Shown: in pieces, positions 47,764-55,646 of the stretch
How the letters are laid out: each line of letters starts with the position of its first letter
Numbering within the stretch: the stretch's first letter is position 1
Virus record (IMG/VR): IMGVR_UViG_3300013132_000023
Location: 32,001-96,000 of that record
Direction: 5' to 3' (one strand)
From: a virus
DNA: 64,000 nucleotides
Notes under the pieces: model-generated
The model's input: only the letters and a program-made list of their open reading frames with translations
Told to the model about the DNA's origin: nothing
Database searches by the model: none
Made by a program: the position numbers and the translations under genes

Positions 47764-48779
47764 GTAAGACAGCGATTATTACTGGTGTTACGGGTCAAGA
47801 CGGTTTCTATCTTACACATTACCTGCTTGGGTTAGGATATCGCGTTGTTGGATTACTCCGTCGCACGTCTCTTCCTACCGATGGAAGACTGCGTACTTTG
47901 ATGGGTAGTCCTAATCTACACTTGGTTAATGCTGACATCACTGACATTTCAAGCATTCAACAAGTAGTGCGTCAGTTTAAGCCACATGAATTCTATCACT
48001 TGGCGGCACAAAGTCATGTTGCTATGTCGTGGAAATATCCTTTAGCTACTTCTGAAATCACTGGTCTTGGTGTTCTCAATTGCTTAGAAGCTATTCGTAC
48101 AGAAGCTCCGGAGTGTCGCTTCTATTTTGCTGGAAGTAGTGAACAATTTGGTAATCCCATTTTCGAGGGCAAGACAAAGGCCCTTAATGAGGATTCTCCT
48201 ATGGAACCGGAATCGCCTTACGCGGCTGCAAAGGTCTTTGGTTTCAATATGTCAAGAGTGTACCGTAGGTCGTTCAATATGTTTGCGTCCTGCGGTATTT
48301 TGTTTAACCACGAATCCCCCGTTCGTGGAGAAGAGTTTGTAACACGTAAGATCACGAAAGGTCTTGCTCGTGTAAAATGGGGATTGCAAAGTCATGTTGA
48401 ATTAGGCAACATGAATGCGTGCAGAGATTGGGGATTTGCTGGTGATTATGTGCGTGCTATGCACGCAATGCTACAGTACGACAAGCCTGATGATTTTGTT
48501 ATTGCAACTGGCAAAGCCTATAGTGTCAATATGTTTTTTGATACTTGCTGTTTGTGGTTTGAATTAGATAGAGAAAAGGTCTATCGAAACAATCCGGCAT
48601 TTAATCGTCCGAAGGACGTTGAGGTTTTACTTGGAGACAGTACTAAAGCTACTAACTTGTTAGGTTGGGAGCCTACGTGTGACTTCTATAATCTTGTTGA
48701 CAAGATGTGTAGATACGATTACCACTTGCAGTCGCCAGATAGCTTGCAATCTCGCATGGCAGATGAATATCTTTTCTAG
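47760..48779 (+). CDS. gmd: GDP-mannose 4,6-dehydratase
   Basis: ITGVTGQDG, LAAQSHV, SPYAAAK, GILFNHESP.RG..FVTRKIT, LGN..A.RDWG.AGDYV. Confidence 0.96.
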   Translation: MSKTAIITGVTGQDGFYLTHYLLGLGYRVVGLLRRTSLPTDGRLRTLMGSPNLHLVNADITDISSIQQVVRQFKPHEFYHLAAQSHVAMSWKYPLATSEITGLGVLNCLEAIRTEAPECRFYFAGSSEQFGNPIFEGKTKALNEDSPMEPESPYAAAKVFGFNMSRVYRRSFNMFASCGILFNHESPVRGEEFVTRKITKGLARVKWGLQSHVELGNMNACRDWGFAGDYVRAMHAMLQYDKPDDFVIATGKAYSVNMFFDTCCLWFELDREKVYRNNPAFNRPKDVEVLLGDSTKATNLLGWEPTCDFYNLVDKMCRYDYHLQSPDSLQSRMADEYLF

Positions 48780-48788
48780 GAGTTTAGT

Positions 48789-49457
48789 ATGAAGAAACCT
48801 GATAATGAAGAACATAAGATTACGGATCGTGAAAAGCGTGCGTGGCAGACTGGTAAGAAAAGACCTGCTCGTCGAAGACCAAGTTTGACTACTGCTCAGC
48901 GTATTGAATTCTTGGATCTTGTAGCTCGCATGGCTCCCGCTTCCGAGTTTGAGCGTAAGTTGAATTTGACATCGGGAGACGTTGAATTTTACAGTAACGA
49001 ACTGAACGTAAAAAGCCAACAAGAAGCACGTCGCATGCATCGTCAAATGAAGCATGAAAATAAAGAGCTTATTGAGGCTAAGGCCATAGCCGAAAACAAG
49101 AAAGTACGTGAAGCTGAGGCCACCGCTCAGCAGCGTCTTGATGAAATTGCTGCCCGCAGAGAAGCTGTTCGTCCTGTTAAAAAGCCCGATGTGCTGGCTA
49201 TCAAAACAGAAGACGCCGAACGTCAACGTCGTCTAGCTGAACAACAGGCGAAGACAGATGTTCCTGCAAAAGAATGGCAATTGCCTGTCGAAGGAACGGA
49301 AGCTCAGCGTCACGAACAAATTGATCGTTTTCGTCGCGAACTCTTGTATCATGGCTTTTCTTTTGTTCGCAAGAAGTACAACGCTACTAATGCACAAATC
49401 AAGTTTGAAGCCCAACGTCTTGGTCTAAAGATTAATTGGGAAGTTGTGCGTAGATGA
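48789..49457 (+). CDS. hypothetical charged/coiled-coil protein
   Basis: 222 aa, AGGAG Shine-Dalgarno; no family recognised. Confidence 0.65.
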   Translation: MKKPDNEEHKITDREKRAWQTGKKRPARRRPSLTTAQRIEFLDLVARMAPASEFERKLNLTSGDVEFYSNELNVKSQQEARRMHRQMKHENKELIEAKAIAENKKVREAEATAQQRLDEIAARREAVRPVKKPDVLAIKTEDAERQRRLAEQQAKTDVPAKEWQLPVEGTEAQRHEQIDRFRRELLYHGFSFVRKKYNATNAQIKFEAQRLGLKINWEVVRR

Positions 49458-50176
49458 AGTTTACCAAAGATGCATTAGAAGAGCTTTACGACTCTATGTC
49501 CATTGATGAAATGGCAGAGCATCTTGGTATGGCGAAATCTACTCTGTATTACCACATGCGTAAACTAGGCGTGCAGCGTCGATCTAAGAGTGACGCACAA
49601 GCGAGACACCTTGAGCATTCGCCACATCAGCGTGTTGGCAAGTCTCATTCTGATAAAACAAAAGAACGGATTGCTAATGGTACACGCGAGTTTTGGGAAT
49701 CAGAACGTGGTCAAGAGCAAAAGAAAGCGTTGGGAGACTTACGTCGTAACGAGTGGAAAGATCGTTCGCCCAAACAGCGTCTAACTGTTCTTGATAGACT
49801 ACAATCGGCAGCAAGGCCGGTACCAGGAAGCTTGTCTAAGTTTGGTCTTAAATTGGCTGACTTTTTGCAGAAGTTCGAGACTGTTCAAACCGGAATCAGG
49901 TTGACGCCGAGTCATGTCTCTGATATCATTCTTGAAGATCGCAAGGTGGTCGTAGAGCTACTTTTGCCAATCAGTGTTTATGGTGAAGAACAAGAACACA
50001 AGATTGGGAATCGTTATGATCGTCTTGTTTCTGAACTTGGTGACGCTGGTTACAGGGTCGTGATTGTGGAAGACCGTTCCAATTCTTTGTCAAGGGCTCG
50101 GTGTCAACGAGTCTATGACGAGCTTGTTTCTTTTTTCGAACAGAAGACTTTACAACACACGAGAATCGTGTCATAA
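49454..50176 (+). CDS. HTH + NUMOD3-like + degenerate Vsr/DUF559-like domain protein
   Basis: SIDEMAEHLGMAKSTLYYHMRKLGV (HTH), GKSHSDKTKERI (NUMOD3-like), SDIILEDRKVVVE...LGDAGYRVVIV. Confidence 0.65.
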   Translation: MKFTKDALEELYDSMSIDEMAEHLGMAKSTLYYHMRKLGVQRRSKSDAQARHLEHSPHQRVGKSHSDKTKERIANGTREFWESERGQEQKKALGDLRRNEWKDRSPKQRLTVLDRLQSAARPVPGSLSKFGLKLADFLQKFETVQTGIRLTPSHVSDIILEDRKVVVELLLPISVYGEEQEHKIGNRYDRLVSELGDAGYRVVIVEDRSNSLSRARCQRVYDELVSFFEQKTLQHTRIVS

Positions 50177-50177
50177 T
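50149..50177 (+). promoter_or_regulatory. sigma70-like promoter, probably producing a leaderless mRNA
   Basis: TTTACA (50149-50154), 17-nt spacer, CATAAT (50172-50177) with extended -10 TG; ATG 6 nt downstream at 50184 and no Shine-Dalgarno. Confidence 0.6.
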
Positions 50178-50183
50178 TTGAAC

Positions 50184-50861
50184 ATGACTGAGAACAAATC
50201 AAGACGTGGGACTAATTGGGAACAACAGCTACGCGATAATGAGAAGGCTCTTCGTCGCGAAGAAAACGAGGAAATTTCTGTTGTGCTCTTGGCTGGTTTA
50301 CAGCGATTAGCGGAAGAAGCTGGTATTGTATCGTCTGATTGCGATATTCGAACGCCGTCTGACTCAATGGTACAAGCTATTTACCGTGTGACTTTTACGG
50401 ACGGTACAACCTGGGTTGGTACAGCAGATTGCAACGCTAAAAACACCAAGGGGCGTTACTTGCATTATCCAACCGCTGTTGCCGAATCGCGAGCAGAAGC
50501 ACGTTGTCTTCGTAAGGCTCTAGGTATTCGTATGTTGTCTGCCGAAGAGCTTGGACTACGCGAGGGCTTTGGTTCAATTGAAGCTTCGCCATCCGGTAAG
50601 GCTGACTCACAAATGATTGCAGCTATTACGAAGCTGTGTGAAACTCGTGGCGTTGTTGCTGCTGCCGTTCTAGAAGAAGTGATTGAAGATCAAGAACGTG
50701 CTTCATCGATTTTTGAATTGTCCGAACTAACCACGTTAGAGGCACAACGTGCCCTTGCGTGGCTTAATGAACAAGTAACAAAGAAGACTGGTCAACAGTC
50801 GGCTAAATCTTCTCGTGATGCTCGTAAGGCTGAATTGACTGCAAGATTGGAGAACCAATGA
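50184..50861 (+). CDS. putative single-strand annealing protein (Rad52/Sak-like)
   Basis: AVAESRAEARCLRKALGI resembles the Rad52/Sak helix motif; C-terminal QMIAAI...ELTTLEAQRALAWL module typical of phage SSAP tails. Start ATG 50184. Confidence 0.55.
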   Translation: MTENKSRRGTNWEQQLRDNEKALRREENEEISVVLLAGLQRLAEEAGIVSSDCDIRTPSDSMVQAIYRVTFTDGTTWVGTADCNAKNTKGRYLHYPTAVAESRAEARCLRKALGIRMLSAEELGLREGFGSIEASPSGKADSQMIAAITKLCETRGVVAAAVLEEVIEDQERASSIFELSELTTLEAQRALAWLNEQVTKKTGQQSAKSSRDARKAELTARLENQ

Positions 50862-51202
50862 AAGTACGATATACGTCAGGTGATGGTCGTTTGAGTGTTG
50901 AGGTCGAGGGCGAAAACCAAAAGAGCGTGTTCGGTGAAATCGCACGCTTTCAAGAAGTTTTTGAACATACTATTTGTGGTAAGTGTAATGGTCAAGATCT
51001 TCGCTTCGTTGTTCGTAACGTTAGTGACAATGACTTCTATGAAATCCACTGCGTAAATCCCAAGTGTCGTGCTCGTCTTGCATTTGGTCAACACAAGGGC
51101 AAGGAAGGTACTCTATTCCCGCGTCGTAAGGATGATAGCGGTGGATGGCTACCGAACGGTGGTTGGGTAAAGTTCAATCCGCAAACTGGAAAGGAAGAAT
51201 AA
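50858..51202 (+). CDS. hypothetical Zn-binding protein
   Basis: CGKC...CVNPKC; coupled to both neighbours. Confidence 0.65.
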   Translation: MKVRYTSGDGRLSVEVEGENQKSVFGEIARFQEVFEHTICGKCNGQDLRFVVRNVSDNDFYEIHCVNPKCRARLAFGQHKGKEGTLFPRRKDDSGGWLPNGGWVKFNPQTGKEE

Positions 51203-51792
51203 TGACGCTTTCTTTTGACGAATATCAATTACAGGCAGCAAAAACTGCTGTTTATCCTAGACAGTTTGTTTTGACGCATGGTCAAGAAACCACACCGGGG
51301 GCATCTTGTATTTATCCTGTCTTTGGTTTGTGTGGTGAAATTGGTGAAGTTTGTCAAGTTCTTACGGATAGACTTGGGTTGTCTGTAGATCTTGAAAAAG
51401 AATGCGGCGACGTGCTATGGTACATTGCTGCAATTTGTTCTGATCTATCTATCAAAATGAGTCAAGTTGCTGAATGTGATACGTTTGAGGCTTTCGCACA
51501 CGGTGCATGGGTTGTTAGTCCGTTATCTACAGCCGGTATTTTACAAGAGCTTTTTATTGCCGCAGGTACCATTGCCGAAGCAACTAAAAAGACTATACGC
51601 GATTCAGGTGGTATAGTTACGCCAGAACGTTTAAAAGTAATTGTTGCCGCACTAAGACGCGTTTTGGTAGCTCTTCGTTCAATTTGTATTCACAAGAGCT
51701 TGAATATTGCAAGTGCTGCTAATGGCAACCTTGCTAAATTAGCTGCTCGTGCTGCAAAGGGTACGATTCAAGGAAGTGGCGATAACCGATGA
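51202..51792 (+). CDS. MazG-like nucleotide pyrophosphohydrolase
   Basis: FDEYQ..A.KTAVYP, GLCGEIGEV, KECGDVLWY, NLAKLAAR...IQGSGDNR. Start ATG 51202 (TAATG overlap). Confidence 0.85.
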   Translation: MTLSFDEYQLQAAKTAVYPRQFVLTHGQETTPGASCIYPVFGLCGEIGEVCQVLTDRLGLSVDLEKECGDVLWYIAAICSDLSIKMSQVAECDTFEAFAHGAWVVSPLSTAGILQELFIAAGTIAEATKKTIRDSGGIVTPERLKVIVAALRRVLVALRSICIHKSLNIASAANGNLAKLAARAAKGTIQGSGDNR

Positions 51793-52076
51793 GACGTGTC
51801 GGCGGCAAAACTGCGGACATGCGGATGTTTAAATGTCCGCAGTGCAATAAACTACGCATGGTGCGTCCTTTTGATCACGTAGTTAGTACGGAGACTCGCG
51901 AGTACAAATCGCGTGACGGTAATACTGTAACTCTATTGATTGATGTTTGTGATCACTGTAGGGCGAGTAATTACAGAAAGCATTTCGAGCATTCGCAAGC
52001 TGACGTAAGACGTATCATGAAAGCGATCAAAGATCAAAAACAACTTGAAGGCGAATCCTTAGAAGATCTTTTGTAA
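51789..52076 (+). CDS. Zn-ribbon hypothetical protein
   Basis: CPQC...CDHC. Confidence 0.65.
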   Translation: MRRVGGKTADMRMFKCPQCNKLRMVRPFDHVVSTETREYKSRDGNTVTLLIDVCDHCRASNYRKHFEHSQADVRRIMKAIKDQKQLEGESLEDLL

Positions 52077-53305
52077 TGGCTCAACATAGCAACTATTGGT
52101 TCGGTACGTGTCCAACGAGACATCTAGTTACCGCAGGGCTGGTTCGTAACGTTGATGTTTTAATCATAGGTGGTGGTATAGCTGGCGTAAGCGTACTCTA
52201 TCAACTATTACAAGCTGGCATTACTAACGCATATCTTGTAGAAGATTCGACCATTGCCTTTCATGCGTCTGGTCGTAGCAGTGGTCAGCTAATGATGCGT
52301 GGAGCTAAGCTGTTCTCGCAAATGCTTAAGGAAGAAGGACTTGAGTACTTGCAGTTCATGCTAGACAACAATAAACGCTTTCTTAGTGGTTTGCGTAACG
52401 TATCTTTTGATACCGATCTTCGTGATACTGGTGGTTTGCGTTTAGCTGTGTCTGAAAAGGAATTCGACCTTTTAAAAGAAGAGGCCGATTTTTTGAACAC
52501 GCACGCCAACATTAGTTGTCCTGTACTTACGTCAGATCAAATACAGGGTTTATTACCTAACACGAATTGTATCGGTGGTATCTATGTACCTATAGAAGCA
52601 ACCTTTAATCCGTACAAGGTTGTAAACGGGATGCGTGAGTTTATTGAACGCAAAGGACCGAGAGTCCTTACAGATTGCCAAGTTACGAACGTCGTTCGAA
52701 CTGACGATGATAGTTTCAGTGTTTCAATTCGACACAAAGGAACTATCAAGGCCAAGAAGATAGTGTATTGTACGAACGCATATACACCAGAACTTGTACC
52801 AGAACTATCTCGGACCATGATTGGTTTTCGTGGACAGATGGTTGCAACAGATTTCATTCCCGAAGAATTGTTGCAAGCACTTCCTCAGTCTAGTGTCTCT
52901 TGTAATGACTGTAATGAGTATTGGCGTCTTCATAGCGGACGCTTACTTGTTGGCGGCATGAGACACGCTGTTCGCGGTAATCAGTTTAACATTCTAGAAG
53001 ATGGCGAGGTCAGTCCTGCTGTTTATGACAGGTTGCGTGATTTTGTAAATCGCACGCTGCCTATTGTCAAAGACGTAAAGTTTACGCACACTTGGTCTGG
53101 TATCATGTGTGCTACGCCAGATCAAATGCCGCTTATTGGTGTGTTGCCAAATCGACCAGATGAATACATTTTTGGTGGTTTTAATGGATACGGTTTTGGG
53201 CACGCATTACAGGGCAGCGTCATTATCAAAGACTTTATCACCCAAGGTGAGTCTTCGTGTGCTGGCGTAAGTTTGTTTAATCCTGCTCGATTCACGGAGA
53301 ATTAA
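52076..53305 (+). CDS. FAD-dependent oxidoreductase (DAO/DadA/PuuB family)
   Basis: DVLIIGGGIAG, ASGRSSG, FNPYK, CTNAY, RGQMVAT, WSGIMCATPDQMPLIG, GFNGYGF, FNPARF. Confidence 0.9.
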   Translation: MAQHSNYWFGTCPTRHLVTAGLVRNVDVLIIGGGIAGVSVLYQLLQAGITNAYLVEDSTIAFHASGRSSGQLMMRGAKLFSQMLKEEGLEYLQFMLDNNKRFLSGLRNVSFDTDLRDTGGLRLAVSEKEFDLLKEEADFLNTHANISCPVLTSDQIQGLLPNTNCIGGIYVPIEATFNPYKVVNGMREFIERKGPRVLTDCQVTNVVRTDDDSFSVSIRHKGTIKAKKIVYCTNAYTPELVPELSRTMIGFRGQMVATDFIPEELLQALPQSSVSCNDCNEYWRLHSGRLLVGGMRHAVRGNQFNILEDGEVSPAVYDRLRDFVNRTLPIVKDVKFTHTWSGIMCATPDQMPLIGVLPNRPDEYIFGGFNGYGFGHALQGSVIIKDFITQGESSCAGVSLFNPARFTEN

Positions 53306-53310
53306 TAGAT

Positions 53311-55263
53311 ATGTTTGAAATTGCAACACCTTCGTTTCATTTGCCTGAGTCTTTCATTACTGCGTACAAGGGAAAGCAACCTGATTGGGGGCCTCTTGGT
53401 TACTTTACTTTTAAGCGTACTTACGCTAGAGTAATAGAGCATGAAAATAGAACGGAAGAATATTGGGAAACGGTACGTCGCGTTGTAGAGGGTACTTTTT
53501 CTATTCAGAAGAATCATTGTAAGCGTAATCATTTGCCTTGGGATGAACGCAAGGCTCAGCGTACAGCTAAGCGTATGTTTGAATTGATGTGGGACTTCCG
53601 GTTCCTTCCGCCTGGACGTGGTTTGTGGGCGATGGGAACTAAGTATGTACAAGAACGTGGTGGAGCTTGTCTCAATAACTGTGCTTTCGTTAGTACGATT
53701 GATATTGATAAGAATGCCGCCAAGCCTTTCTTGTTCTTGATGGACATGAGTATGGTTGGTGTTGGGGTAGGCTTCGACACAGCGGGTGCTAATAAGTGCG
53801 AAGTTTTGACACCTAATGGTACTGTTGAAGTAGTAGTTGAAGATAGTCGCGAAGGATGGGTTGATGCTCTTCGTGTATTACTAGAAGCATTTACTAAGGG
53901 CGGTCCATTGCCGTCTTATGACACGAGCCTCGTGCGTAAAGCAGGAAAACCTATTGCTGGTTTTGGTGGAACCGCTAGTGGTCCTGAGCCATTGATTGAA
54001 ATGCTCAATGACATTCGAGCAATTCTTGAGGCTAGAATTGGCGAGTTCTTAAACTCTGCTGATATCGTAGACATTGGCAATTTGATTGGTCGTTGTGTTG
54101 TTGCCGGTAATGTAAGACGCTCTGCTGAAATTGTTTTCGGCGACCCCAATGACGAAGTGTTTTCGCTTTTGAAGCAAGACAAAGAAAAGCTCATGCATCA
54201 TCGCTGGGCTTCAAACAACAGTATTTTTGCACAAGTTGGCATGGATTACGAATGGCACGCTCAGCAAACTGCTGTCAATGGCGAGCCGGGTTACATGTGG
54301 CTTGACAATGCTCGTGCCTTTGGTCGTATGAAAGATCCTGCTGACTGGAAAGACAAGGATGCCGTTGGTGGAAACCCATGTTTAGAACAGACATTACATA
54401 ACTATGAATTGTGTACATTGGTTGAAACCTTCCCTTCTAGACACGCTAATCTTGATGAGTATCTTGAAACTCTAAAGATCGCTTATTTGTATGCGAAGAC
54501 CGTAACTCTTGTGCCCACTCACTGGTCAGAAACAAACTCAGTGATGGCACGCAATCGCCGCATTGGCTTGAGTCAGTCTGGCATCATTAAGGCTTTCGGT
54601 CGCCACGGTCGTCGTGAGATTTTGCATTGGTGTGATCGTGGTTACGAATTCATCAATGGTCTTGATGTTCAGTATTCAAATTGGATGGGTATTCCTCGTT
54701 CAATCAAGAAGACTTCCGTGAAGCCGAGCGGTACTATTAGCTTGTTGCCGGGTGAGCCTCCGGGTATTCATTATCCGCACTCTGAATACTACATTCGTCG
54801 TATTCGCGTAGGCGTGCATTCTGTTTTGTGGCGTCTTGCCGAACAGGCTGGGTATCATGTTGAACCAGCCGTTGGTCAAGAAGATAGTACGATGGTTGTA
54901 TCCTTCCCTATTAAAGAAGAATTCTTCGTACGTTCTAAAGACGACGTTTCAATTTGGGAGCAAGTTGCTAATGCTGTTGCTTATCAGCGTTTTTGGGCCG
55001 ACAATCAAGTATCGATTACGGTTACATTCTCGCCGTCTGAAAAAGCAGACATCAAGCACACGTTAGAGCTTTACGAAGACGCTCTCAAGGGCATTTCTTT
55101 CTTGCCGATTGAAGAGCATGGATATGTTCAAGCACCGTACGAAACGATTACGGCTGAACAGTATCTAGATATGACAAGAAACCTTAAACCGATTGATATG
55201 AACGCTTCGCTAGAAAAGGCGGCGGCTCCTAAGGGTTGCGACGGAGAAACTTGCGTAATTTGA
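53311..55263 (+). CDS. nrdJ: class II (adenosylcobalamin-dependent) monomeric-type ribonucleotide reductase
   Basis: FLPPGRGLW, NNCAF, VVAGNVRRSAEI, NPCLEQ (thiyl Cys), ELCTLVE, TSVKPSGT, C-terminal CDGETC redox pair; no nrdB-like gene nearby. Confidence 0.93.
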   Translation: MFEIATPSFHLPESFITAYKGKQPDWGPLGYFTFKRTYARVIEHENRTEEYWETVRRVVEGTFSIQKNHCKRNHLPWDERKAQRTAKRMFELMWDFRFLPPGRGLWAMGTKYVQERGGACLNNCAFVSTIDIDKNAAKPFLFLMDMSMVGVGVGFDTAGANKCEVLTPNGTVEVVVEDSREGWVDALRVLLEAFTKGGPLPSYDTSLVRKAGKPIAGFGGTASGPEPLIEMLNDIRAILEARIGEFLNSADIVDIGNLIGRCVVAGNVRRSAEIVFGDPNDEVFSLLKQDKEKLMHHRWASNNSIFAQVGMDYEWHAQQTAVNGEPGYMWLDNARAFGRMKDPADWKDKDAVGGNPCLEQTLHNYELCTLVETFPSRHANLDEYLETLKIAYLYAKTVTLVPTHWSETNSVMARNRRIGLSQSGIIKAFGRHGRREILHWCDRGYEFINGLDVQYSNWMGIPRSIKKTSVKPSGTISLLPGEPPGIHYPHSEYYIRRIRVGVHSVLWRLAEQAGYHVEPAVGQEDSTMVVSFPIKEEFFVRSKDDVSIWEQVANAVAYQRFWADNQVSITVTFSPSEKADIKHTLELYEDALKGISFLPIEEHGYVQAPYETITAEQYLDMTRNLKPIDMNASLEKAAAPKGCDGETCVI

Positions 55264-55292
55264 TTGACAGTTGTATACCAACTGCGTATAAT
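55264..55292 (+). promoter_or_regulatory. perfect-consensus sigma70 promoter containing an internal palindrome
   Basis: TTGACA (55264-55269), 17-nt spacer, TATAAT (55287-55292); CAGTTG-TATAC-CAACTG at 55268-55284. Confidence 0.85.
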
Positions 55293-55301
55293 TAAGCTAC
55301 T

Positions 55302-55625
55302 ATGAGTCAACCTACGCCTCGTGAGAAGTTTGTACTTACCTTTCCCCATGATGAGAAGGGTCAAGAAATTCAATTCCGTTTCATGCTAACTCTTAGCAAG
55401 AAACTTAGTGTCAAGATTGGTGAAGAAACCATTCAGGAACGTCTTGTTAGAGCCCTTGGTACCTTGGATGGTATTGATGGCATGGCTTTTGGTGCCGGTC
55501 GATATACTGTTGAAGTAACCGTTGCTCGTACCTTTGACGCACAAGAAGTCTTGACGGAGTTAAAGGCTCGTCTTGAAAATGATGTTTTAAGTGAAATTAT
55601 TCGTCCACCCGTCTTAATGTCTTGA
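55302..55625 (+). CDS. hypothetical protein
   Basis: 107 aa; ATG 9 nt after the -10 box. Confidence 0.7.
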   Translation: MSQPTPREKFVLTFPHDEKGQEIQFRFMLTLSKKLSVKIGEETIQERLVRALGTLDGIDGMAFGAGRYTVEVTVARTFDAQEVLTELKARLENDVLSEIIRPPVLMS

Positions 55626-55646
55626 TTGTTCTTCTAGGAATACAAC

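Noticed and set aside
32928-48779. DNA hypermodification as the main role of the glycosyltransferases
   Set aside because: Not excluded, but no dCMP/dUMP hydroxymethylase or TET/JBP gene is visible in the window, thymidylate is made by ordinary ThyX, and the number and variety of GTs exceed known DNA-glycosylation systems.
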